Source of the DNA: Rhodospirillales bacterium
GTDB lineage: Bacteria; Pseudomonadota; Alphaproteobacteria; Rhodospirillales; UBA2165
Length of the DNA stretch: 64,000 nucleotides
Direction of reading: 5' to 3'
NCBI GenBank assembly: GCA_965213765.1
Contig: OZ243926.1
Coordinates: forward strand, 3,481,627 to 3,545,626
In this document: positions 55,239-63,586 of the stretch, in pieces
Layout of the letters: the number at the start of each line of letters is the position of its first letter
Position numbering within the stretch: the first letter of the stretch is position 1
Notes under the pieces: model-generated
Seen by the model: only the letters and a program-made list of their open reading frames with translations
Told to the model about the DNA's origin: nothing
Database searches by the model: none
Program-made: the position numbers and the translations under genes

Positions 55239-55692
55239 GGTCTGTACTCAATTAGGGGATTTTCCTTTTTGCGTCCTCTCACCCTGCCCCTCTCCCCCAA
55301 GGAAGGGGGCGAGGGAACCCACCGAAACTCCCTCTCCCTCCGGGAGAGGGCCGGGGTGAGGGTGGGAGTGAGCGTGAGGGTGATATGGAAATTCCCCCTC
55401 ACCCAGCTACGGCTATGGCTCGCAGGCTCGCCAAGCCTCCGCATCCCTCTCCCCCTGACGGGGGCGAGGGAACTTAATCCGGCAACGCGGCTACTCCCTC
55501 TCCCTCTCTGAGGGAGAGGGTCGGGGTGAGGGTGATATGGAAATTCCCCCTCACCCAGCTCCGGGTAGGCTTGGCGTTCGCCTCGCCAACCCTCCGCATC
55601 CCTCTCCCCCTGACGGGGGCGAGGGACCTTGCGCCGCGCTGTCCTCATCGCCGCGACACTCATATGGCGGCTCAATCGGGTCCGAACCTTAG
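55235..55692. repeat. MITE-like repeat, copy B (458 bp, with tandemly duplicated internal module)
   Basis: Starts CTAGGGTCTGTACTCAATTAGGGGA and ends ATGGCGGCTCAATCGGGTCCGAACCTTAG. Internal about 135-150-bp module present twice (55327-55472 and 55493-55627). Confidence 0.75.
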
Positions 55693-55747
55693 CGGGCGCG
55701 GATATACGCCGGATCCGGACTGTCGTCGGATCCCGGTTTAGCCCTGT

Positions 55748-56329
55748 TTACCCGGGCGCGTCCTTGCCGGCGGTGAACGTAAAGCCGGTCTTCTCGAACT
55801 CGGCGGTGAGCCCCGGTTGGATCGCCTCGATCTGCTCCCGCGCCTTGACCGCAAAGTCGATGTCGTTGAGATCGTGGACTCCGCCGGAGATGATCACCTG
55901 CAGAATACCTTCCTCGTCCGAAATATTACGGAACCCCCGGCAGACGCCCGGCGGCACCGAAATGGTGTCGTAGAGGCCGAGTTCCACCCGTTCGGCGCCG
56001 TCGTCGTTCCAATAGACCTCGAAGCGTCCCTTCATCACGGTGAAGGTCTCGTAGGTCCGGAGATGGGCGTGCAGCGACGGGCCGGTGCCGGGCGGGCAGA
56101 TCGCGTGGGTCATGGTGATGCCGCCGGCGCCGGTGATCGGCGCGGACGCATTGATCGGCGTATCCAGGCCTTCATCCAGGCCGATGACGCTCATCAGCTT
56201 CCGCGACCAGACGATGTCGGCGGCCTCGACGGGAATGCCGGTGTTCTTCTGGGCCTCCAGGGGCTCCAGTTCGTCGAACCGGGCGACCCGCTCCCGCATC
56301 TCGGTGCCCGTAATCTCGATGGTGCGCAT
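55748..56329 (-). CDS. Cupin-domain protein
   Basis: ORF-track 55748..56452 trimmed to the ATG at 56329 (GGGGAAAGAG upstream). PGTGPSLHAHLRTYETFTVMKG and YDTISVPPGVCRGFRN look like cupin motifs 1 and 2. Confidence 0.7.
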   Translation of the reverse strand: MRTIEITGTEMRERVARFDELEPLEAQKNTGIPVEAADIVWSRKLMSVIGLDEGLDTPINASAPITGAGGITMTHAICPPGTGPSLHAHLRTYETFTVMKGRFEVYWNDDGAERVELGLYDTISVPPGVCRGFRNISDEEGILQVIISGGVHDLNDIDFAVKAREQIEAIQPGLTAEFEKTGFTFTAGKDAPG

Positions 56330-56418
56330 CTCTTTCCCCTCCGGTGAGTGCTGCCGACCGGAAGGGTGCCGTGATCCCGGCAAGAGATCAACAGTGTCGG
56401 ATCGTGGTAAGCTCCAGG

Positions 56419-56715
56419 ATGACCGAAACCGGCCAGGCCAGGATGCCGGCACTCCCCGACGGGCTCACGCGGTACCACAAGACCCCGGTGTTCACGGCCG
56501 GCAGCGTGCCGGACGGCATCACCGGCGATCACAGCACCAAGCCCGGCGTCTGGGCTCTCATCCAAGTGGTCCGCGGGTCGCTCCGCTACGAGATCATCGA
56601 ACGGGGCGAAGTGTATGCGCTGACCCCTGACCGGCCGGGCGTGGCCGAGCCGGAGGTGACCCACAAGGTCACGCCCGATGGCGAGGCCGAGTTTTTCATC
56701 GAGTTCTGGCGGTAG
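56419..56715 (+). CDS. DUF1971-domain protein (TehB C-terminal-like)
   Basis: ORF-track 56344..56715, ATG at 56419 preferred: LPDGLTRYHKTPVFTAGSVPDGITGDHSTKPGVWALIQVVRGSLRY...FFIEF. Confidence 0.6.
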   Translation: MTETGQARMPALPDGLTRYHKTPVFTAGSVPDGITGDHSTKPGVWALIQVVRGSLRYEIIERGEVYALTPDRPGVAEPEVTHKVTPDGEAEFFIEFWR

Positions 56716-56727
56716 GCGCCGGCCGGA

Positions 56728-57453
56728 TCAGGCCGCCTGCGGGCCCTGGTCTTCCTTCTTCGGCCCGGACAGCTTGGCCTTGAGGCGCGAGAGGTCGAAC
56801 TTGATGTGCGCCCAAGTGATCATCGGCAGGGCGGCCAGCAAATCCCAGACCGCATCCCAGCCGCCGCGCAGCACGACGGGGAACATGATCCACGGCGCGG
56901 CGGTGATGATCTGGATATGTTCCCGGGTGTGGAGCCGGTCGCGGTTCCGCAGCACCTTCTCCGCGTTCTTCGGGAACGACCAGTCGCAGCGGTAGATCAC
57001 CTTTCCGTCCGGGTTGATCACATAGATCATGTTGGGCAGGGTGCCGTACTGGTGGTGCATGGTCCCCTGAAGATCGTCGACCAGGACGGTGCGCGGGTCC
57101 TTGTAGATTTCCATCATCTCGGTCGCCAGTTTGAGCTTCTGCTCGTCCGATTCGTGCGGGCCGAGGCGCGAGCCCGGATGGGCCTCGCGGACATAGACCA
57201 GCAAAAACTCCACATCCGGGTACTTGTCCTTGAGCCTGGCGAAGCCCTTGACGTTCTTCACGTACATGGAGCAGGTGATGGAGCCGGTCTCCAGGACCAC
57301 CCACTTGCCCTTGTAGTCGTCCAGGCTCACTTCCCGGCCTTCCGGGGTGCGGACGGTGAAATTGCCGGCGGGTTCGCCGGCCTTGGGTCCGTTGAACGAG
57401 CTCAAATCGTACTCGGACATCTTGTAGCGTTTGTAATTGTACGTCGTGGGCAT
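56728..57453 (-). CDS. Thioredoxin-fold, iodothyronine-deiodinase-like protein (Cys-type) with hydrophobic C-terminal segment
   Basis: ORF-track 56728..57492 trimmed to the ATG at 57453. ETGSITCSMY and LLVYVREAHPG resemble the deiodinase-family GS.T(U/C)P and EAHP signatures. Confidence 0.55.
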   Translation of the reverse strand: MPTTYNYKRYKMSEYDLSSFNGPKAGEPAGNFTVRTPEGREVSLDDYKGKWVVLETGSITCSMYVKNVKGFARLKDKYPDVEFLLVYVREAHPGSRLGPHESDEQKLKLATEMMEIYKDPRTVLVDDLQGTMHHQYGTLPNMIYVINPDGKVIYRCDWSFPKNAEKVLRNRDRLHTREHIQIITAAPWIMFPVVLRGGWDAVWDLLAALPMITWAHIKFDLSRLKAKLSGPKKEDQGPQAA

Positions 57454-57593
57454 AAATGCCTCCGTCGAAATTCCGCAACGCGGGAGCCGCAAAATCGGCG
57501 CACTATCTGGACCGTCTTATATAAGAGTGCGCCGACATCGCCAAGTCAAAGGCCGGTGAGGGCAGTGCGTTCACCGGGGTATGACCGGCCATA

Positions 57594-58232
57594 TCAAGAT
57601 TTATGCTCCATGAAATCCGCCATCGCATCGATGGCTTGCGTCCAGTTCTGTTCCGTCGTCCGGCCCGACATCTTGCGCGGCTCGAAGGAGTGATCGCCGT
57701 CCTCCAGCCACACCACCTCGCAGGCGTCCGACAAGGGGTAGCCCGGTACCTCGTCGCGGGTGCCGAAGGGATCGCGGGTGCCCTGCAAAATCAGCGTGGG
57801 GGTGAGGAGGGTATCGACGCTCCGGAAGCGGGCGGCTTCCGGCTTGCCGGGCCCGTGGAAGGGAAAGCCCAGGCAGATCAGCCCGGCCACCGGATCCCCG
57901 GAACTTTCGGCCTGGTCGGCGGCGTAGCTCGCCACCCGTCCGCCCATGGACTTGCCGCCGATAAACAGGTTTTCAGGCCCGAAATGATTGACCACCTCCA
58001 TCCAAGTGTCGAGCAGCACGTCGGCCCGGTCGGGCGGGCGGCGGGTGCCGTCGGCCCGCATCTTCCGCATGTAGGGAAACTCGAACCGGGCGACCCGGAT
58101 GCCGCGGGCGCCCAGGCTCTCGGCGAAATGGTCCATGAAGCCGGAGTTCATGCCGATCCCCGCCCCGTGGGCGAACGCGAAGGTGTGGTCGGCGCCGTCG
58201 GGGCCGTCGAAATGGAGCGGCGGGAGGGGCAT
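57594..58232 (-). CDS. Alpha/beta-fold hydrolase (COG3571-like)
   Basis: ORF-track 212 aa: FAHGAGIGMNS...GGKSMGGRVAS...GDHSF. Confidence 0.75.
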   Translation of the reverse strand: MPLPPLHFDGPDGADHTFAFAHGAGIGMNSGFMDHFAESLGARGIRVARFEFPYMRKMRADGTRRPPDRADVLLDTWMEVVNHFGPENLFIGGKSMGGRVASYAADQAESSGDPVAGLICLGFPFHGPGKPEAARFRSVDTLLTPTLILQGTRDPFGTRDEVPGYPLSDACEVVWLEDGDHSFEPRKMSGRTTEQNWTQAIDAMADFMEHKS

Positions 58233-58235
58233 CGA

Positions 58236-59084
58236 TCAGTAGGGCGTACCGTGTCCGCCGAAGGTCACCCGGGTCAGCTCCCGGTATTCCGGAAAGAAAT
58301 CGTCCACCGCGGCGTGCTGGGTCGCCGAATTGTCCCAGACCGCGAGGGTGCCTACCCGCCACTTGTGGCGGTACTGAAACTCGGGCCGCGCCGGGAGGGC
58401 CAGCAGGAAGTTCAGGATGCCCTGGCTTTCCAGCCGGGGAATGCCGACGATGTGGCTGGCGAAGGCCGAATTCGCATTGATGATCTTCTTGCCGGTCCGC
58501 GGATGGGTGCGGATGAGGGGCTGGGCGATGGGCGGGTTGGCGGTCTTGTGTTCGATGTAATGCTCGCCGCCCCGCTGAAATATTCCCTGCCGGCCGGAGA
58601 GCGCCATGTCCCAGCTGTGCACCACCTTCAGGTCTTCCAGGTAGACCTTCATCTTGTCCGACAGCGAGTCATAGGCCGCGGTCATGCTGGTCCACACGGT
58701 GTCGCCCCTGCCCTTGGGGATCACGCGGGAATAGAGGCTGGTGCCGCCCGGCGGCTCCGCGGCCCAGGTCAGGTCCGCATGCCATTTCGCGGTGCCCGTC
58801 GGCGGCGTGTTCTCGTCGTTGATGACGATCTCGATTTCCGGGTCGTCGTCCAGGTGGTCGAAAAAGATGTCGGACGGCAGGAGGGGTCCGAATATACGGG
58901 TCGCTTCCTTCTGGTTGTCCGGGGTCAGATTTTGCTCGGGGAAGAAAATGACCTGATGGTCGTCGAGGGCCCGGCGGAGCCCGTCCTTTTCGCCGTCGGA
59001 TATCTCCGCCGTCAGATCGACATTGTGGATGACCGCGCCCAGGCGCGCGCCGACGGTCTCGATCTCCAGCCTGGAATTTCTAAT
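58236..59084 (-). CDS. TauD/TfdA-family Fe(II)/2-oxoglutarate dioxygenase; no canonical start codon, ATT start proposed
   Basis: ORF-track lists only 58236..58724, but the frame stays open upstream to a TAA near 59143 and reads RLEIETVGARLGAVIHNVDL...AKWHADLTW without any ATG/GTG/TTG. ATT at 59084 is preceded by GGGAGAGG, with 4 nt between them. 282 aa fits the family size. Confidence 0.7.
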   Translation of the reverse strand: MRNSRLEIETVGARLGAVIHNVDLTAEISDGEKDGLRRALDDHQVIFFPEQNLTPDNQKEATRIFGPLLPSDIFFDHLDDDPEIEIVINDENTPPTGTAKWHADLTWAAEPPGGTSLYSRVIPKGRGDTVWTSMTAAYDSLSDKMKVYLEDLKVVHSWDMALSGRQGIFQRGGEHYIEHKTANPPIAQPLIRTHPRTGKKIINANSAFASHIVGIPRLESQGILNFLLALPARPEFQYRHKWRVGTLAVWDNSATQHAAVDDFFPEYRELTRVTFGGHGTPY

Positions 59085-59197
59085 CTGACCTCTCCCGGAA
59101 TATTCGACCGGGAGTATAGACCAACGCGGCGGGCGAATACCGCAATTCGTTTACGGCGCGGCCTCTCTCGCCTACGCTGAGGCCGAAGGAGAGCCCC

Positions 59198-59956
59198 ATG
59201 AGCGAGCCCATCTGGAACCAGTTCCTCACCGAGCGGGACAAACAGGTCTTTGCCGCCGCCGGCTACGGCACCCGGGCCGGCTACGGCGACAAGCCGGCGT
59301 TGATCGTCATCGACGTCAATTACAATTTCTGCGGCGACAAGCGGGAGCCGATCCTGGAGAGCATCAAGCGCTACCGCAACTCCTGCGGCGAGGATGCGTG
59401 GGATGCGCTGCCGGTGATCGCCAAGCTGATCGGGACCTTCCGGGCCAGGGAGATGCCGGTGATCTACTCCACCGGCGACGGCCGGCCGGACGGCTGGGAC
59501 AGCGGCGGCTGGGCATGGAAGAACAACCGGAGCAGCGAGGATCTGGCGCCGCCGCCGGAACGCCACAGCAACCGGGACGGCAACGACATCATGGACGGGA
59601 TTGCGCCGGGGCCCCGGGACATCGTCATCCGCAAGGGGAAACCCAGCGTGTTCTACGGTACCCAGCTCATGGGCTTCCTGAACGATCTCGGCGCCGACTC
59701 GTTGATCGTCACCGGCACCACCACGTCGGGCTGCGTGCGGGCCACCGTATTGGACGCCTTCAGCCTCAATCTCCGCACCATCATCGTCGCCGATGCCTGT
59801 TTCGACCGCTCGCAGGCCTCTCACGCCATCAATCTCTGCGACATGAACGCCAAATATTCGGACGTGGTGATGGCGGAAGAGGTTTTGGAGCATGTCGGCG
59901 CCATGACGCCGGTCTCATACAACTTGCCCTCGGGCGAGACCCTGAACAGCCGCTGA
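59198..59956 (+). CDS. Isochorismatase-family cysteine hydrolase
   Basis: ORF-track 252 aa: PALIVIDVNYNF...K...FYGT.L...L...G.DSLIVTGTTTSGCVRATV. Confidence 0.8.
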   Translation: MSEPIWNQFLTERDKQVFAAAGYGTRAGYGDKPALIVIDVNYNFCGDKREPILESIKRYRNSCGEDAWDALPVIAKLIGTFRAREMPVIYSTGDGRPDGWDSGGWAWKNNRSSEDLAPPPERHSNRDGNDIMDGIAPGPRDIVIRKGKPSVFYGTQLMGFLNDLGADSLIVTGTTTSGCVRATVLDAFSLNLRTIIVADACFDRSQASHAINLCDMNAKYSDVVMAEEVLEHVGAMTPVSYNLPSGETLNSR

Positions 59957-59958
59957 CC

Positions 59959-60795
59959 ATGACCGGCCCGATCCGCATCGCCTACGGCGACACACCGACC
60001 AGCTACGGCGAGCTGTCGATCCCCGGCGGAACGGGACCGTTCCCCGTGGTGATGATGCTGCATGGCGGGTGCTGGCTCGCCTCCCGCGGCGCCATGGAGG
60101 ATTACCGCCGGATGGCCGCGGCGCTTCGCGGCGACGGCATCGCGACGTGGAACGTGGAGTACAGCCGGGTCGGCCATGATCATGGCGGCTGGCCCGGGAC
60201 CTTTCGCGATCTGGGCGGCGCGCTGGATTATGTGGCGGTGCTCGCCGGGGCGCACCCCATCGACCTCGCCCGCGTGGTCATCCTGGGCCATTCGTCGGGC
60301 GGGCACTTCGGCGCCTGGCTGGCGGCACGGCCCAAACTGCCGGACGGCAGCGACATCAAAGGCGCGCCGAAGGTGGCGCCGGCCGGCGCGGTGATCAACG
60401 ATGCCTTCATCGATCCCCGGGTGATCGACTCGAGGGGCGTCGACGGGGAGCTTTATTGCGGCGAGCCGATCATCGAGCGGCTGATCGGCGGGGATCCTTC
60501 GGAAAAGACGGACAGGATGCGGGAGATATCGCCCCTGGAGTGGCTGCCCTGGGGCATGCCGCAGGCCTACGTGGTGAGTTCCGGGCGCTATCCGGTGACC
60601 CCGTATCGGGCGCTGGCCCAAGGCCGGACAACCCTGGAGATGCCCGACTATCCGGCACTGGCGCGGGCCTCCGGCGACCCGATCGAGGTCGAAATCGTCG
60701 AGGATGCCGACCATTTCGACTTCATTCACGAACCCGGCACCGAGGGCTTCAAGGCGGTGCGCCGGGCAGTGGTGAAGATGGTCGGCCGGATTTAA
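59959..60795 (+). CDS. Alpha/beta hydrolase (esterase-like)
   Basis: Tail of ORF-track 59398..60795, ATG at 59959 (MTGPIRIAYG...). MLHGGCW and GHSSGGHFG. Confidence 0.75.
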   Translation: MTGPIRIAYGDTPTSYGELSIPGGTGPFPVVMMLHGGCWLASRGAMEDYRRMAAALRGDGIATWNVEYSRVGHDHGGWPGTFRDLGGALDYVAVLAGAHPIDLARVVILGHSSGGHFGAWLAARPKLPDGSDIKGAPKVAPAGAVINDAFIDPRVIDSRGVDGELYCGEPIIERLIGGDPSEKTDRMREISPLEWLPWGMPQAYVVSSGRYPVTPYRALAQGRTTLEMPDYPALARASGDPIEVEIVEDADHFDFIHEPGTEGFKAVRRAVVKMVGRI

Positions 60796-60813
60796 ACCAA
60801 GGGAGAGGCAGTC

Positions 60814-61230
60814 ATGGAGAAAACCTATCAAGGGGCCTGTCATTGCGGACGGGTCCGGTTCGAGCTCACCGCCGACATCGATCACGTGCGGGTCTGCGAT
60901 TGCTCCATCTGCCGCAAGCGGGGCGCGCTGATCCACCGGGTGCCGGAGGACGCGGTCAAGCTGTTGACGCCGCTCGGCGACATGACCCCCTATGAATGGG
61001 GTTCCGGGACCGCCAAGGATTATTTCTGCCCCACCTGCGGCATCCTGCCGTTTCGCCGCCCGAGCATGCCCACCCGGGAAGAACTGGACGAGGGCAAGGC
61101 GCCGTTTACGGGCTGGGCGGTCAATGTCCGCTGCCTGGACGGGTTCGATATATTCGAAGCCGAAGAGCGCCGCATCTATCGAATGGATACGGATGTGGCC
61201 GATATCCTGCCGGAGTCGCGAGACCTTTAG
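60814..61230 (+). CDS. GFA (glutathione-dependent formaldehyde-activating / CENP-V) family protein
   Basis: ORF-track 138 aa. Cys pattern CHCGRVRF...CDCSICRKRG...FCPTCG. Confidence 0.8.
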   Translation: MEKTYQGACHCGRVRFELTADIDHVRVCDCSICRKRGALIHRVPEDAVKLLTPLGDMTPYEWGSGTAKDYFCPTCGILPFRRPSMPTREELDEGKAPFTGWAVNVRCLDGFDIFEAEERRIYRMDTDVADILPESRDL

Positions 61231-61387
61231 ACGGCCGGGATCGGTTCCCAATCATCGAAATTCGGACGTCACGGTGTTGTGGCAATTTCCAACCAATGGG
61301 TTGAGTATTTGTATTGACTCCGCCGCCGATGAATGTTCCTGTTTTGTTCAAGCTAATGAACGTGTAACCAGCCATCAGGAGGAATAA

Positions 61388-61867
61388 ATGGCCGACAGCT
61401 ACGTCAATGAGGGCATGACCGCCGTGACGCCCTATCTGTACATGGAAAAGGCGGCCGAGGCGATCGGCTTCTATGTCGAGAACTTCGGCGCCGAAGAGGT
61501 GATGCGCATGGACGGGCCCGGCGGCGTGATCATGCACGCCGAGATCGCCATCGGCGGCGCGCGCATCATGCTGGGCGACGCCAATCCCGACTGGGGCACC
61601 GCGAGTCCGAAGAGCCTCGAGGGCAGGTCGTCCTCGACGTTCATTTACGTGCCCGATGTGGATGCCACCATGAAGAAGGCGGAGAGCAACGGCGCCACCG
61701 TCGTCGAAGGTCCCCAGGACATGTTTTGGGGGGACCGCCTCGGCCGGATCATCGATCCGTTCGGTCACATGTGGGGCATTGCCACCCATGTGGAGGACGT
61801 CTCGCCCGGAGAGATGCGGAACCGCACCGAGGCCTTCATGAAGGAAATGGCCGGGGCGGGCGGTTAG
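61388..61867 (+). CDS. VOC-family protein, PhnB-like
   Basis: ORF-track 159 aa: TPYLYMEKAAEAIGFYVENFGAEE...HAEIAIGGARIMLGD...FWGDRLGRIIDPFGHMW. Confidence 0.8.
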   Translation: MADSYVNEGMTAVTPYLYMEKAAEAIGFYVENFGAEEVMRMDGPGGVIMHAEIAIGGARIMLGDANPDWGTASPKSLEGRSSSTFIYVPDVDATMKKAESNGATVVEGPQDMFWGDRLGRIIDPFGHMWGIATHVEDVSPGEMRNRTEAFMKEMAGAGG

Positions 61868-62030
61868 GCAACAATGTTTTCCCTCACCCCAACCCTCTCA
61901 AGGAGGGAGAGGGATAGGGTGAGGGGGATTGTCAATTCACTCCCACCCCATTCTCTCATTGGCCCTCCCCCCTTCCAGCCTTCGTAGCCGAAGGCTGCTT
62001 CGGCGGACCGGGCCAAGGGGGAGGGAGCAA
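61868..62030. repeat. GAGGG-hairpin mosaic intergenic repeat (element E)
   Basis: CCCTCACCCCAACCCTCTCAAGGAGGGAGAGGGATAGGGTGAGGG hairpin, plus CCTTCCAGCCTTCGTAGCCGAAGGCTGCTTCGGCG module (inverted copy of the module in element D). Confidence 0.55.
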
Positions 62031-62894
62031 TTACGCCGCCTTCTCCTCGAAATATTCCTGCGTGCCCCGGTGGAGGACCGTGTCCGTGTCTTCCACCGCC
62101 GGCGGCGTCAGTTCGGCGGCGGTTTCCAGGCGCTCGTACAGCGGCGCGAAGTCCTGGTAGCACTCGTCGAGCAACGCCTCGAAACTGTCGATGACGAAGT
62201 AGGTCTGCTGATAATCGTCGATCCTGTAATCGGTGCGCATGACGCGCTCGGCGTCGAAGGCAATGCGGTTGGGGGACGGGTCATCGAGCGCGAAAACGCT
62301 CTCGCCCTTGGATGATACGATGCCGGCACCGTAGATGCGCAGGCTTTCATCTCCGTCCCGCGGGGCCTTCATCAGGCCGAACTCCACCGTGTACCAGTAA
62401 AGCCGCGCCAGATGATCGAGGGCGCCGAACTCGAGGGAGCGCAAGCCCCCCTCGCCATAGGCCGCCATGAAATCGGCGAACACCGGATGGGTGAGCATGG
62501 GCACATGGCCGAAGACATCGTGGAAGATGTCGGGCTCTTCGAGGTAGTCCATCTCCTCGGGCTTGCGGATGAAACGCCCGGCCGGGAAGCGGCGTTCGGC
62601 CAGCATCCGGAAAAACGCCGCATCGGGCACCAGGTCGGGCACCGCCTCGACCGTCCAGCCGGTAAGCCCATGGAGCTTTTCGTTGAGGCGCCGGAAATCG
62701 GGGATACCGCCCTCGCCGAGATCCAGCTTGGTCAGACCGTCCATAAACGCATCCGCCGCGCGTCCGGGCAGCATCTCCGCCTGGCGGCGGTACAGCCGCC
62801 GCCACATCCGGTGCTCGGCATCGGTATACCGCTCCCAATCCTGGGGAATGGTGTAGTCCCGATCGAGATCGGTGGTGTGTTTCGGCGATCCCAT
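62031..62894 (-). CDS. phhA: Phenylalanine 4-monooxygenase
   Basis: ORF-track 287 aa: EPDIFHDVFGHVPMLTHPVFADFM...YWYTVEFGL. Confidence 0.9.
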   Translation of the reverse strand: MGSPKHTTDLDRDYTIPQDWERYTDAEHRMWRRLYRRQAEMLPGRAADAFMDGLTKLDLGEGGIPDFRRLNEKLHGLTGWTVEAVPDLVPDAAFFRMLAERRFPAGRFIRKPEEMDYLEEPDIFHDVFGHVPMLTHPVFADFMAAYGEGGLRSLEFGALDHLARLYWYTVEFGLMKAPRDGDESLRIYGAGIVSSKGESVFALDDPSPNRIAFDAERVMRTDYRIDDYQQTYFVIDSFEALLDECYQDFAPLYERLETAAELTPPAVEDTDTVLHRGTQEYFEEKAA

Positions 62895-63043
62895 TGAGCT
62901 GTCTCCCGCGTTCGATCCGTTGGGTCACTTTCGGCCAGGATACGGAAGAACCACGGTCAGGTGTGACCTATTATAGACTATATATCGATTAATTGTGTCA
63001 TAAATTTATTTATAATTACATAATTCGACGATAATATGACCTC

Positions 63044-63514
63044 ATGGACCTTTCCGCCACCGACTTGAAGATCATCGACGTGCTCCAGACCGACGGACGG
63101 ATCAGCAATGTGGACCTCGCCGAACGGGTGGGCATGTCGCCATCCCCCTGCCTTCGCCGGGTCAAGGCGCTGCGGGACGCGGGCGTGATTTCGGGATATG
63201 CGGGTCTGGTGGACCGGCGGGCCATCGGCCTCGGGGTGCGGGCGGCCTGCCACGTGAAGCTCCGCGACCACGCCGAAGACAAGGTCAACGCGTTCGTCGC
63301 CGACGTGATGGCCATGGAGGAGGTGACGGCCTTCTTCTCGCTCACCGGCAAGTCCGATTTCCTGCTGATGGTGATGGCGACCGACCTCGACGCCTACGGC
63401 CGTTTCGCCACCCATCGTCTGTTGCGTCTCCCCAACGTGCAGGAGGTGGAATCGTCACTGGTGCTCGAAACCTACAAGAACTCGACGGCGCTGCCGCTTT
63501 CCCACCTCAAATAG
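63044..63514 (+). CDS. Lrp/AsnC-family transcriptional regulator (divergent from phhA)
   Basis: ORF-track 156 aa: DLKIIDVLQTDGRISNVDLAERVGMSPSPCLRRVKAL. Confidence 0.85.
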   Translation: MDLSATDLKIIDVLQTDGRISNVDLAERVGMSPSPCLRRVKALRDAGVISGYAGLVDRRAIGLGVRAACHVKLRDHAEDKVNAFVADVMAMEEVTAFFSLTGKSDFLLMVMATDLDAYGRFATHRLLRLPNVQEVESSLVLETYKNSTALPLSHLK

Positions 63515-63586
63515 CCGCGGCGCGCTTGCCCGTCCGGCCGGGCTCCCCGATACTTCCGAAAACCTTTACCCAGGGGAGGAAGCCCG

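Noticed and set aside
55235-55741. ORFs of 146, 80 and 71 aa inside the repeat block (and similar ones at 38781-39041, 61864-62163, 51825-52145)
   Set aside because: They are translations of GAGGG-type hairpin repeats (…GERVRVRG…, …LSPKEGGEG…) and change frame between copies. Spurious.
56728-57453. Selenocysteine recoding in the deiodinase-like gene
   Set aside because: The active-site position is a TGC Cys codon. There is no in-frame TGA in the gene.
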